A DNA stretch of 64,000 bases, from contig DATBLP010000073.1 of assembly GCA_036555245.1 (NCBI GenBank), positions 3,659 to 67,658 on the forward strand. The letters are read 5' to 3'. A program made the position numbers and the translations under genes. Source of the stretch: Burkholderiales bacterium. GTDB lineage: Bacteria > Pseudomonadota > Gammaproteobacteria > Burkholderiales > SG8-39. Under the pieces are notes generated by a model that saw only the letters and a program-made list of their open reading frames with translations, was not told the origin of the DNA and did not search any database. This document shows, piece by piece, positions 1-7,737 of this stretch; position 1 is the first letter of the stretch, and each line of letters starts with the position of its first letter.

Positions 1-49
1 CGCTGTTGATATTGACCCGGCTCGCGAACGGGCCGCTACGGCTCGCCAT
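1..49 (-). CDS. Possible 5' end of a gene running off the window edge
   Basis: Minus-strand ATG at 49 preceded by GGAGAGGG; open to the edge (MASRSGPFASRVNINS...); too short to identify. Confidence 0.25.
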   Translation of the reverse strand, partial: MASRSGPFASRVNINS

Positions 50-216
50 CGCGCCCTCTCCCCCGCGTTCCTACTACGCACGCTCGGCGCGCATCTTGCG
101 CTGAGCGCCCCGTCCGGAAGTCTGCGTCGGCGCTTCTTGCGGCGGGACCGCACTGGGGCGCGCGCGCGAGATCGAGTGCAAGCAACAATCTTATGCAAAC
201 GCAATAAGGAGTCGAC

Positions 217-759
217 ATGAAACGCAAATTGATCACCGCGGCGATCGCCGCGATTCTAGCCACTGCTGCCTGGGCACAGACCGATCCAGGCTATGGTCCG
301 GCGTACGGTCCGGGCGCTTATGGAATGGGTCCCGAAATGATGGGGGGTTTCGGCCCCGGACGTGGCTACGGAATGGGTCCCGGAATGATGGGAGGTTACG
401 GCCCCGGTTACGGGATGGGCCCCGGCATGATGGGGGGCTATGGGCCCGGTGGTTACTACGGCCTCAAGCTGAGCGACGAGCAACGCCGCAAGATCGTCGA
501 TATTCAGGAGGAACAGTGGCGCAAGCAGTGGGCCCTCATGAATTCAATGCACGAGCTGCGGTTCAAACAGTTCGGGGCGGAGGAATCGGGCAAGATCGAC
601 GATGCCGAGGCGCGCAAGATCTACCAGGCGATGGCCGACCTGCGGAAACAGATGTTCGAGAACTCGCTCGACACCCGCAAACGCATCGACGCGCTGCTCA
701 CCAAGGAACAGCGCGAAGAGCTGCAACGGGGCTGGCGCGGGCGTTGGGGCTACCGTTGA
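217..759 (+). CDS. Periplasmic Spy/CpxP/ZraP-like protein (heavy-metal sensor/chaperone) with Gly/Met-rich repeats
   Basis: Signal peptide MKRKLITAAIAAILATAAWA, YGMGPGMMGG repeats, LSDEQ and LTKEQ (LTxxQ) motifs; RBS AAGGAG. Confidence 0.8.
   Translation: MKRKLITAAIAAILATAAWAQTDPGYGPAYGPGAYGMGPEMMGGFGPGRGYGMGPGMMGGYGPGYGMGPGMMGGYGPGGYYGLKLSDEQRRKIVDIQEEQWRKQWALMNSMHELRFKQFGAEESGKIDDAEARKIYQAMADLRKQMFENSLDTRKRIDALLTKEQREELQRGWRGRWGYR
319..450 (+). repeat. Three imperfect ~42-bp coding tandem repeats (YGMGP[E/G]MMGG[F/Y]GPG)
   Basis: Copies at 319-360, 367-408 and 409-450, differing mostly at third codon positions. Confidence 0.85.
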
Positions 760-773
760 TCGCGCGTGGCGGC

Positions 774-807
774 GACTGCCGCCCCGCGCTCGGGGCGGCA
801 GTCATTT
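774..807 (+). terminator. GC-rich hairpin, probable terminator or mRNA stabiliser
   Basis: Perfect 13-bp stem GACTGCCGCCCCG-cgct-CGGGGCGGCAGTC followed by a short ATTT. Confidence 0.6.
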
Positions 808-854
808 GCACGATTGGTCTGATTTCATGAGCTGAAGAAGGGAGAACATCCCTG

Positions 855-1301
855 ATGATTACGAGGCGTTACTTCGTCTGCGCCGCCGCTGCGACGCTTG
901 CGCTCGGGACGTTCGGTCGAACGGGCGCGCAACAAGCGCAGTCGTTGGATGTGTACAAGAACCCCGCCTGCGGCTGCTGCGGAGAATGGGTGAAACACAT
1001 GCGGGCAAACGGCTTCCGCGTCGAAACGCACGAGATCGCCGACGTGGCGCTAGTACGGCGACGCTACGGAGTCCCCGAATCCCTGGCGTCGTGCCATACG
1101 GCCGTCGTCGCCGGCTATGCGATCGAGGGGCATGTGCCCGCCTCGGATATCCGGCGTCTCCTTCGCGAACGGCCCAAGGTGAGGGGTCTCGCGGTGCCGG
1201 GCATGGTCCCGGGCTCGCCCGGAATGGTGCAGGGACCGTCGCAGCCGTATGCGACGCTCGCTTTCGATGATCGCGGGAGTCGGGTCTTCGGGCGACATTG
1301 A
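855..1301 (+). CDS. copG: DUF411/CopG-family periplasmic copper protein
   Basis: Tat-like TRRYF signal, CGCC, SCHT, EGHVP and VPGMxxGSPGM motifs; adjacent to a Cu ATPase. Confidence 0.85.
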   Translation: MITRRYFVCAAAATLALGTFGRTGAQQAQSLDVYKNPACGCCGEWVKHMRANGFRVETHEIADVALVRRRYGVPESLASCHTAVVAGYAIEGHVPASDIRRLLRERPKVRGLAVPGMVPGSPGMVQGPSQPYATLAFDDRGSRVFGRH

Positions 1302-1377
1302 GGATTCGATTCCCGGACGCGGGGAATCGCCGACAGGAATAATTGCATCCTTACAAGCAAGTATTGGAAGCCGTCCA

Positions 1378-3753
1378 ATGGACATGCCGATCCACGACCA
1401 TTCGCATCACGATCATCAAGGGCATTCCGGAAACGTGAAGCCCGCACCTCCCGCGGGGACCGCGATCGATCCGGTCTGTGGAATGACGGTCGATATCGTC
1501 ACCGCGAAGCACACGCACGCATTCGGCGGATCGACCTGGTATTTCTGCAACCCGCGCTGTCGGGAGAGGTTTGTCGTCGACCCGGGTCGTTATGCGAAGG
1601 CGAAAGAGCAACCCGTGCCCGCGCCAAGCGCACTGCTGGGCGCGATCTACACCTGCCCGATGCACCCGGAAATCCGGCAGAAAGGCCCGGGCAGCTGTCC
1701 GAAGTGCGGCATGGCACTCGAGCCTATCGTGGCGAGCGCTCAAGATCAACCCAATCCCGAGCTCGTCGACATGACGCGCCGCTTCTGGATCGGCCTCGCG
1801 CTTACTCTTCCTGTGTTCGTCTTGGCGATGGCCGAGCATTTGCCAGGACTGCACGGCATGCTGCCGGGGCCCAAGGTCTCCGGATGGATTCAGCTGCTCT
1901 TTTCGATCCCGGTCGTGCTCTGGGCGGCGTGGCCGTTTTTCGTGCGCGGCTGGAATTCGCTCGTATCGCGCAGCCTGAACATGTACACGCTGATCGCGCT
2001 GGGCACCGGCGTGGCGTTTGCCTACAGCGTGGTGGCGTTCTTCCTCCCCGGGCTCTTTCCCGAGGCGTTCCGCGGCGCTTCGGGTGAAGTCGGGCTCTAC
2101 TTCGAGGCCGCGGCGGTGATCTCGGTGCTGGTGCTGCTCGGCGAGGTGCTGCAGCTGCGTGCGCGCGAGAACACGAGCGGGGCCATCCGCGCGCTGCTGA
2201 GACTGGCACCGGCGACGGCAGCTCGGGTGCGTGCGGACGGAAGCGACGAGGAGGTGACGCTCGACCAGGTGATTCGAGGGGATGCCTTGCGCGTGCGGCC
2301 GGGAGACAAGATACCGGTCGACGGCGAAGTGCTCGATGGCCGGTCGAGCGTGGACGAGTCGCTGGTGACCGGCGAATCGATGCCGGTGGAGAAGTACCCC
2401 GGCGAGAAAGTGACCGGCGGCACCATCAACGGAACGGGTAGCTTCGTCATGCGCGCCGAGCGGGTCGGCGCCGAGACGCTGCTGGCGCAAATCGTGCAGA
2501 TGGTCGCCGAGGCTCAGCGCACGCGCGCGCCGATCCAGCGCCTCGCCGACGTGGTGTCGTCCTACTTCGTTCCCGCGGTCGTGGGGATCGCGATCGCCGC
2601 CTTCCTGGCCTGGTCTGTGTACGGGCCGCCGCCGGCAATGGTCTTTGCCCTGGTGAGTGCAATATCGGTTCTCATCATCGCCTGCCCCTGTGCGCTGGGG
2701 CTCGCCACGCCGATGTCGATCATGGTCGGCACGGGCCGCGGCGCTCAAGGCGGCGTCCTGATCCGTGACGCAGAGGCGCTCGAGCGGATGGAGAAAATCG
2801 ACACCTTGGTCGTAGACAAGACCGGCACGCTCACCGAAGGCCGGCCGAAGCTCACTTCGGTCGTCGCGGCGGAAGGCTTCACGGAAGCGCAGGTGCTGCG
2901 GCTGGCCGCAAGCCTCGAGCGCGGAAGCGAGCATCCACTCGCGGCTGCGATCCAGGAGGGCGCCAAGGTGCGGGGGGTGATCCCGCTGCCGGTCGAGAAT
3001 TTCGATGCAGTCACAGGCAAGGGCGTGCGGGCCACTGTAGAAGGACGCGGCGTCGCGCTGGGAAGCGCGCGCTTTGCCGAGGCGCTCGCCCAGGTTCCGG
3101 CGACGTGGAAGGAGCGCGCCGACTCGCTGAGAAAGGATGGCGAGACCGTCGTCTATCTGGTCGATGACGGGCGTCTCGCTGGGCTCGTTGGCGTAGCCGA
3201 TCCCGTCAAGGCGAGCGCACAGGGGGCGCTGCGCGCACTCGAAGGCGACGGCATCCGCGTGGTCATGCTCACCGGCGACAACGAAGTAACGGCAAGGGCG
3301 GTAGCCGAGCGGCTGGGAATCCGCGAGGTACGCGCCGAAGTCCTGCCCCAGGAAAAAGGCGCCGTGGTGAAGGCGCTGCGCGCCGAAGGTCGTGCGGTGG
3401 CGATGGCCGGAGACGGCGTGAACGACGCGCCGGCACTGGCCGAGGCCGATGTCGGCATCGCCATGGGAACAGGTGCCGACGTGGCGATTCAGAGCGCGGG
3501 AATCACGCTCGTTAGGGGCGACCTCTCCGGCATCGTGCGCGCGCGAAAGCTTAGCCGCGCCACGATGCGCAATATCCGCGAGAACCTCTTCCTCGCGTTC
3601 GTCTACAACAGTCTGGGTGTGCCGATCGCGGCGGGGGTCCTGTTTCCCTGGACGGGGCTCCTGCTCAATCCGATGATCGCAGCGGCGGCGATGAGCGCGA
3701 GCTCGGTCTCGGTCGTGATGAACGCGCTGCGGCTGCGGCGCACAAGGCTCTGA
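1378..3753 (+). CDS. copA: Cu(I)/Ag(I)-translocating P1B-1 ATPase with His-rich, YHS and heavy-metal-binding N-terminal domains
   Basis: DPVCGM..YFC (YHS), [39 protein letters not shown] and MxxSS; start taken as ATG 1378. Confidence 0.93.
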   Translation: MDMPIHDHSHHDHQGHSGNVKPAPPAGTAIDPVCGMTVDIVTAKHTHAFGGSTWYFCNPRCRERFVVDPGRYAKAKEQPVPAPSALLGAIYTCPMHPEIRQKGPGSCPKCGMALEPIVASAQDQPNPELVDMTRRFWIGLALTLPVFVLAMAEHLPGLHGMLPGPKVSGWIQLLFSIPVVLWAAWPFFVRGWNSLVSRSLNMYTLIALGTGVAFAYSVVAFFLPGLFPEAFRGASGEVGLYFEAAAVISVLVLLGEVLQLRARENTSGAIRALLRLAPATAARVRADGSDEEVTLDQVIRGDALRVRPGDKIPVDGEVLDGRSSVDESLVTGESMPVEKYPGEKVTGGTINGTGSFVMRAERVGAETLLAQIVQMVAEAQRTRAPIQRLADVVSSYFVPAVVGIAIAAFLAWSVYGPPPAMVFALVSAISVLIIACPCALGLATPMSIMVGTGRGAQGGVLIRDAEALERMEKIDTLVVDKTGTLTEGRPKLTSVVAAEGFTEAQVLRLAASLERGSEHPLAAAIQEGAKVRGVIPLPVENFDAVTGKGVRATVEGRGVALGSARFAEALAQVPATWKERADSLRKDGETVVYLVDDGRLAGLVGVADPVKASAQGALRALEGDGIRVVMLTGDNEVTARAVAERLGIREVRAEVLPQEKGAVVKALRAEGRAVAMAGDGVNDAPALAEADVGIAMGTGADVAIQSAGITLVRGDLSGIVRARKLSRATMRNIRENLFLAFVYNSLGVPIAAGVLFPWTGLLLNPMIAAAAMSASSVSVVMNALRLRRTRL

Positions 3754-3778
3754 TGTATCTTCGCCCAAGGGACCTTCC

Positions 3779-5164
3779 ATAAACGCACCTTCGAAGCGGG
3801 CAACCTGGAGCCTCCAGTTTCTCGGGGCAACCGGAACCGTCACCGGATCCAAGTACTTGCTCTCGGCAGGCGATCAGAAGATCCTCGTCGACTGCGGTCT
3901 GTTCCAGGGATTCAAGCAGCTGCGGTTGCGGAACTGGGCGCCGCTTCCGTTCAAACCCGCAAGCCTGTCGGCCGTCGTCCTCTCCCATGCCCACATCGAC
4001 CACAGCGGATACCTTCCGCTCCTGGTAAAGAACGGCTTCGCCGGCAAGGTCCATTGCAGCGAGGCGACCTACGATCTGTGCAGGATTCTCCTGCCCGATG
4101 CGGGGAGGCTGCAGGAGGAAGAGGCGGAATACGCGAATCGCCGCGGATTCTCGAAGCACAAGCCCGCGCTGCCGCTCTACACCGAGGCGGACGCAAGACG
4201 CGCGCTCGGGAGCTTTGCCCCCATCGGATTCGACGAGGGAATCGAGCTCGGCGGAGTGCGCCTGAAGCTGATTCCTGCGGGCCATATTCTCGGCGCTTCG
4301 ATAGTCCATTTGAGCGACGGCAAGCGCTCCCTGGTCTTTTCGGGAGATCTCGGACGGCCGAACGATCCGATCATGGTCGCGCCGTCTCCGGTCCGCGACG
4401 CGGACTACCTCATACTGGAATCGACCTACGGAAACCGTCGCCATGACCCCGAGGACCCGCGCATGAAGCTCGGGCGCATCGTCAGGAAGACCGCGGAGCG
4501 CGGCGGCGTTGTGCTCATTCCGTCCTTTGCGGTGGGGCGTGCCCAGTCCCTGCTCTATCACATCCATCAGCTGAAATCGGAGGGCGCGATTCCCGCCGAT
4601 GTGCCGGTATACCTCAACAGCCCCATGGCGGCAGACGTGACTGAGATCTATCACAAGCATCGCGCCGAGCATCGATTGAGTCCCGAGCAATGCCGCGCCA
4701 TGTGCACCGCCGCGACCATCGTCAACAACCCGGAGGAATCGAAACGCCTGAACGAGAAGAAGGGCCCGATGCTCGTCATCGCGGCGAGCGGAATGGCAAC
4801 CGGCGGGCGCGTGGTGCATCACCTCAAGGCTTTTGCGCCAGACCCGCGCAACACGATCCTCTTCTCCGGCTTCCAGGCGGGGGGAACCCGCGGCGCCACG
4901 ATCCTTTCCGGGGCCGAGTCGGTGAAAATCCACGGGGAGTACGTCCCGATACGGGCCGAGGTCGCCGCCATCAACAATCTATCGGCACACGCCGATTGCG
5001 CCGAGATCCTGGACTGGCTGCGCCATTTCGAGCATCCGCCGCGCGAGACCTTCATCACGCACGGCGAGCCGGCGGCGGCAGACGCACTGCGCCGCCGCAT
5101 CGAGGAGCAGCTTCGCTGGCGCGCGCGTGTGCCGGACTATCTCGAAACAGTCGTGCTGAAATAG
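3779..5164 (+). CDS. Metallo-beta-lactamase-fold beta-CASP ribonuclease (YSH1/TTHA0252-like)
   Basis: HAHIDH, AGHILG, SGDLG, ESTYG, SAHAD and THGE motifs. The conserved N-terminus LQFLGATGTVTGS (from 3812) lies upstream of the first canonical start (TTG 3857), so the start is uncertain (ATA 3779 proposed). Confidence 0.88.
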   Translation: MNAPSKRATWSLQFLGATGTVTGSKYLLSAGDQKILVDCGLFQGFKQLRLRNWAPLPFKPASLSAVVLSHAHIDHSGYLPLLVKNGFAGKVHCSEATYDLCRILLPDAGRLQEEEAEYANRRGFSKHKPALPLYTEADARRALGSFAPIGFDEGIELGGVRLKLIPAGHILGASIVHLSDGKRSLVFSGDLGRPNDPIMVAPSPVRDADYLILESTYGNRRHDPEDPRMKLGRIVRKTAERGGVVLIPSFAVGRAQSLLYHIHQLKSEGAIPADVPVYLNSPMAADVTEIYHKHRAEHRLSPEQCRAMCTAATIVNNPEESKRLNEKKGPMLVIAASGMATGGRVVHHLKAFAPDPRNTILFSGFQAGGTRGATILSGAESVKIHGEYVPIRAEVAAINNLSAHADCAEILDWLRHFEHPPRETFITHGEPAAADALRRRIEEQLRWRARVPDYLETVVLK

Positions 5165-5192
5165 ACGACCCGACATCACGAGGGGATCTGCC

Positions 5193-6701
5193 GTGCCCGA
5201 CAGAAATTCGCTCAGGCTCCGCCGCCTGGGGATCGACACCTACCAGCACCACGTGGTGTTCATGCGCAGCGACTGCCACATCTGTCGCTCGGAGGGATTC
5301 AGCGTGCAATCGCGGGTGCAGGTCCGCTTGGGCGAAAGAACGATCATCGCCACCGTGAACGTAGTGCACAGCGAGCTGTTTGCGCGGGGCGAAGGAGGTC
5401 TTTCGGAGTCCGCCTGGCGCGCGTTGGGCGCTCACGAGGGCGACGAGATGCTGCTGTCGCACGCGGCGCCGGTCGAGTCCCTGAGTCATTTGCGCGGGAA
5501 GGTGTATGGCAAGCCGCTCGACGACGCTTCGATGCTCGAGATCGTGCGCGACATCACCGCCGGCCGCTACTCCGACCTCCATCTCTCGGCGTTCATCACC
5601 GCCTGCGCCGGCAATCACCTTGATCTGGGCGAAACCGTGGCGCTCACGCGCGCCATGGTGGCGGTGGGCGAGCGTCTGATCTGGGACCAGGCCCAGATCC
5701 TGGACAAGCACTGCGTCGGCGGCCTGCCCGGAAACCGCACCACGCCCATCGTGGTGCCGATCGTCGCCGCCTTCGGCCTCACCATTCCGAAGACGTCCTC
5801 GCGCGCCATCACTTCGCCGGCGGGCACTGCCGACACGATGGAGACGCTCGCTCCCGTGAACCTCGACGCCCGGGCGATGCGGCGCGTCGTCGAGCGCGAA
5901 GGCGGCTGCATTGTCTGGGGTGGCGGGGCCGGCTTGAGCCCGGCCGACGACGCGCTGGTGCGGGTGGAGCGGCCGCTCGAGCTCGACAGCGAAGGTCAGC
6001 TGGTTGCCTCGGTTCTGTCGAAGAAATCAGCGGCAGGCTCGACGCACGTGGTCGTAGATATGCCGGTGGGCCCGACCGCGAAGGTCCGATCGGGCGCGGC
6101 GGCGGAATTCCTGTGCGGGCGATTCGAGGCCACGGGGCGCGTCCTGGGCTTGTCGGTGCGCGTGGTAGTCACCGACGGCAGCCAGCCGGTCGGACGCGGC
6201 ATCGGCCCGGCGCTCGAGGCCCGCGACGTGCTTGCGGTATTGCGCGGCGAGGCCGGAGCGCCGCCGGACCTGCGCGAACGCGCGCTGCTGCTCGCCGGGC
6301 ACGTGCTGGAGCTGTCCGCGCGCGTGTCCGCTGGGGAGGGGAAGAAGGAAGCGACGGCGATCCTGGAGGACGGACGCGCGTGGCGCAAATTCGAGGCGAT
6401 ATGCGAGGCCCAGGGCGGGATGCGCAAGCCCCGCACGGCAGCCCACACCGACTGGATCTGTGCAACGCGCCCCGGCCGCGTGATCGCGATCGACAACCGC
6501 CGGCTTGCGCGAGCAGCGAAGCTCGCCGGCGCGCCCAAGGCGAGCGCTGCCGGTGTGGAGTTTCTCGCGCCCATCGGAACCCGGGTAGAAGAAGGCCAGC
6601 CGCTGTTCGTTCTGCACGCCGAGGCCCACGGCGAGCTTCATTACGCGCTCGACTACGTCAACAGCCAGCCGGACATCGTCATGATCGGAGAGCCGCGGTG
6701 A
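5193..6701 (+). CDS. Thymidine phosphorylase family protein, AMP-phosphorylase-like long form
   Basis: N-terminal extension (RRLGIDTY..CHIC), DKHCVGGLPGNRT, KTSSRAITSPAGTAD; 502 aa, longer than DeoA. Confidence 0.88.
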   Translation: MPDRNSLRLRRLGIDTYQHHVVFMRSDCHICRSEGFSVQSRVQVRLGERTIIATVNVVHSELFARGEGGLSESAWRALGAHEGDEMLLSHAAPVESLSHLRGKVYGKPLDDASMLEIVRDITAGRYSDLHLSAFITACAGNHLDLGETVALTRAMVAVGERLIWDQAQILDKHCVGGLPGNRTTPIVVPIVAAFGLTIPKTSSRAITSPAGTADTMETLAPVNLDARAMRRVVEREGGCIVWGGGAGLSPADDALVRVERPLELDSEGQLVASVLSKKSAAGSTHVVVDMPVGPTAKVRSGAAAEFLCGRFEATGRVLGLSVRVVVTDGSQPVGRGIGPALEARDVLAVLRGEAGAPPDLRERALLLAGHVLELSARVSAGEGKKEATAILEDGRAWRKFEAICEAQGGMRKPRTAAHTDWICATRPGRVIAIDNRRLARAAKLAGAPKASAAGVEFLAPIGTRVEEGQPLFVLHAEAHGELHYALDYVNSQPDIVMIGEPR

Positions 6702-7633
6702 GCGAGGTCGTATTCGCGTTTCCGGGGCACGAAGCGCTCGCGCGGCTTCTCGCCGCGCGACCAGGCGCCGTGGAAGGCGCCCTCGTCCTGCGGCGCTTCC
6801 CCGACGGGGAGACCTACGTGCGGCTGGACGCGCCCGTGGCCGGGCGGGATGCGATCCTCGTCTGCGGTCTTCACCGCCCTGATGAGAAGCTGCTGCCCCT
6901 CGCTTTTGCCGCGGGCGCGGCCAGAGACCTGGGGGCGGCGAGCGTCGGCATCGTCGCGCCCTACCTCGGCTATCTGCGCCAGGACAAGCGCTTCCAGGAC
7001 GGCGAGGCAGTCAGCTCCGCGACCTTTGCGAAGCTTCTCTCCGGGTGCGCCGACTGGCTGGTGACCGTCGATCCTCATCTGCACCGCTATCGTTCGCTCG
7101 AGGAGATCTACTCGCTGCGGACGGCGGTCGCGCATGCCGCGCCCGAGATCTCGGCATGGATCCGGGGGCATGTCGAAGCGGCGCTGCTCGTGGGCCCGGA
7201 CGCCGAGAGCGAGCAGTGGGTAGCCGAGGTCGCGCGCCGCGCTGGCTGCCCTCACATCGTGCTGGACAAGATCCGCCACGGGGACCGCGAAGTGGAAGTG
7301 TCCGTGCCCGCCATCGAGCACCATCGCGGCCGGACTCCCGTGTTGATCGACGACATCATCTCCACCGGCGGCACCATGGCGGAAGCAGTAGCCCGGCTCG
7401 GCCGCGCCGGGATGCGCCCGCCGGTGTGCATCGGAGTGCACGCGCTCTTCGCCGACGAAGCGGATGCTGTGCTCCTTGTGGCGGGCGCATCGAGGGTGGT
7501 CAGCTGCAACACCATCGCCCACGCGACCAACGCGATCGACGTCAACGCAGCTATCGTCGAAGCGGTAGCGCGGCTCAGACAGGGCGCCGAGGCCAGCGCG
7601 CCGGCGAGTCCGGCCCGCCCAGTGCGTGTATGA
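6698..7633 (+). CDS. Ribose-phosphate pyrophosphokinase (Prs)-like protein
   Basis: RRFPDGETYVR, PYLGYLRQD, VDPHLH and LIDDIISTGGT PRPP-binding loop; GTGA overlap with the upstream stop. Confidence 0.88.
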   Translation: MSEVVFAFPGHEALARLLAARPGAVEGALVLRRFPDGETYVRLDAPVAGRDAILVCGLHRPDEKLLPLAFAAGAARDLGAASVGIVAPYLGYLRQDKRFQDGEAVSSATFAKLLSGCADWLVTVDPHLHRYRSLEEIYSLRTAVAHAAPEISAWIRGHVEAALLVGPDAESEQWVAEVARRAGCPHIVLDKIRHGDREVEVSVPAIEHHRGRTPVLIDDIISTGGTMAEAVARLGRAGMRPPVCIGVHALFADEADAVLLVAGASRVVSCNTIAHATNAIDVNAAIVEAVARLRQGAEASAPASPARPVRV

Positions 7634-7666
7634 AGTCGGGAAGGGCGGTCGCAGCTGCACGCGGTA

Positions 7667-7695
7667 TTGACGTTAACGTTAACGTTAAGTAGCCT
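7667..7695 (+). promoter_or_regulatory. LiuR-type operator overlapping the sigma70 promoter of icmF
   Basis: TTGACGTTAACGTTAACGTTAA near-palindrome; TTGACG-N17-TAGCCT; 24/26 identical to the site upstream of ivd. Confidence 0.8.
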
Positions 7696-7737
7696 CAACA
7701 AAGTGGTGCGCAACCCGCTCCGGGCGCAGAGAGTTCC

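Noticed and set aside
319..450. Possible CRISPR-like repeats
   Set aside because: In-frame coding repeats with no unique spacers and no cas genes
1351..3852. 833-aa antisense ORF over copA
   Set aside because: Shadow ORF of a high-GC gene; no motifs; the sense frame is a clear ATPase
6113..6697. N-terminal extension of the 506-aa Prs ORF
   Set aside because: Arg-rich off-frame read of the phosphorylase gene; Prs homology begins at GTG 6698
7667..7688. (TTAACG)n as a microsatellite or phase-variation tract
   Set aside because: Better explained as a LiuR operator, given the matching site upstream of ivd
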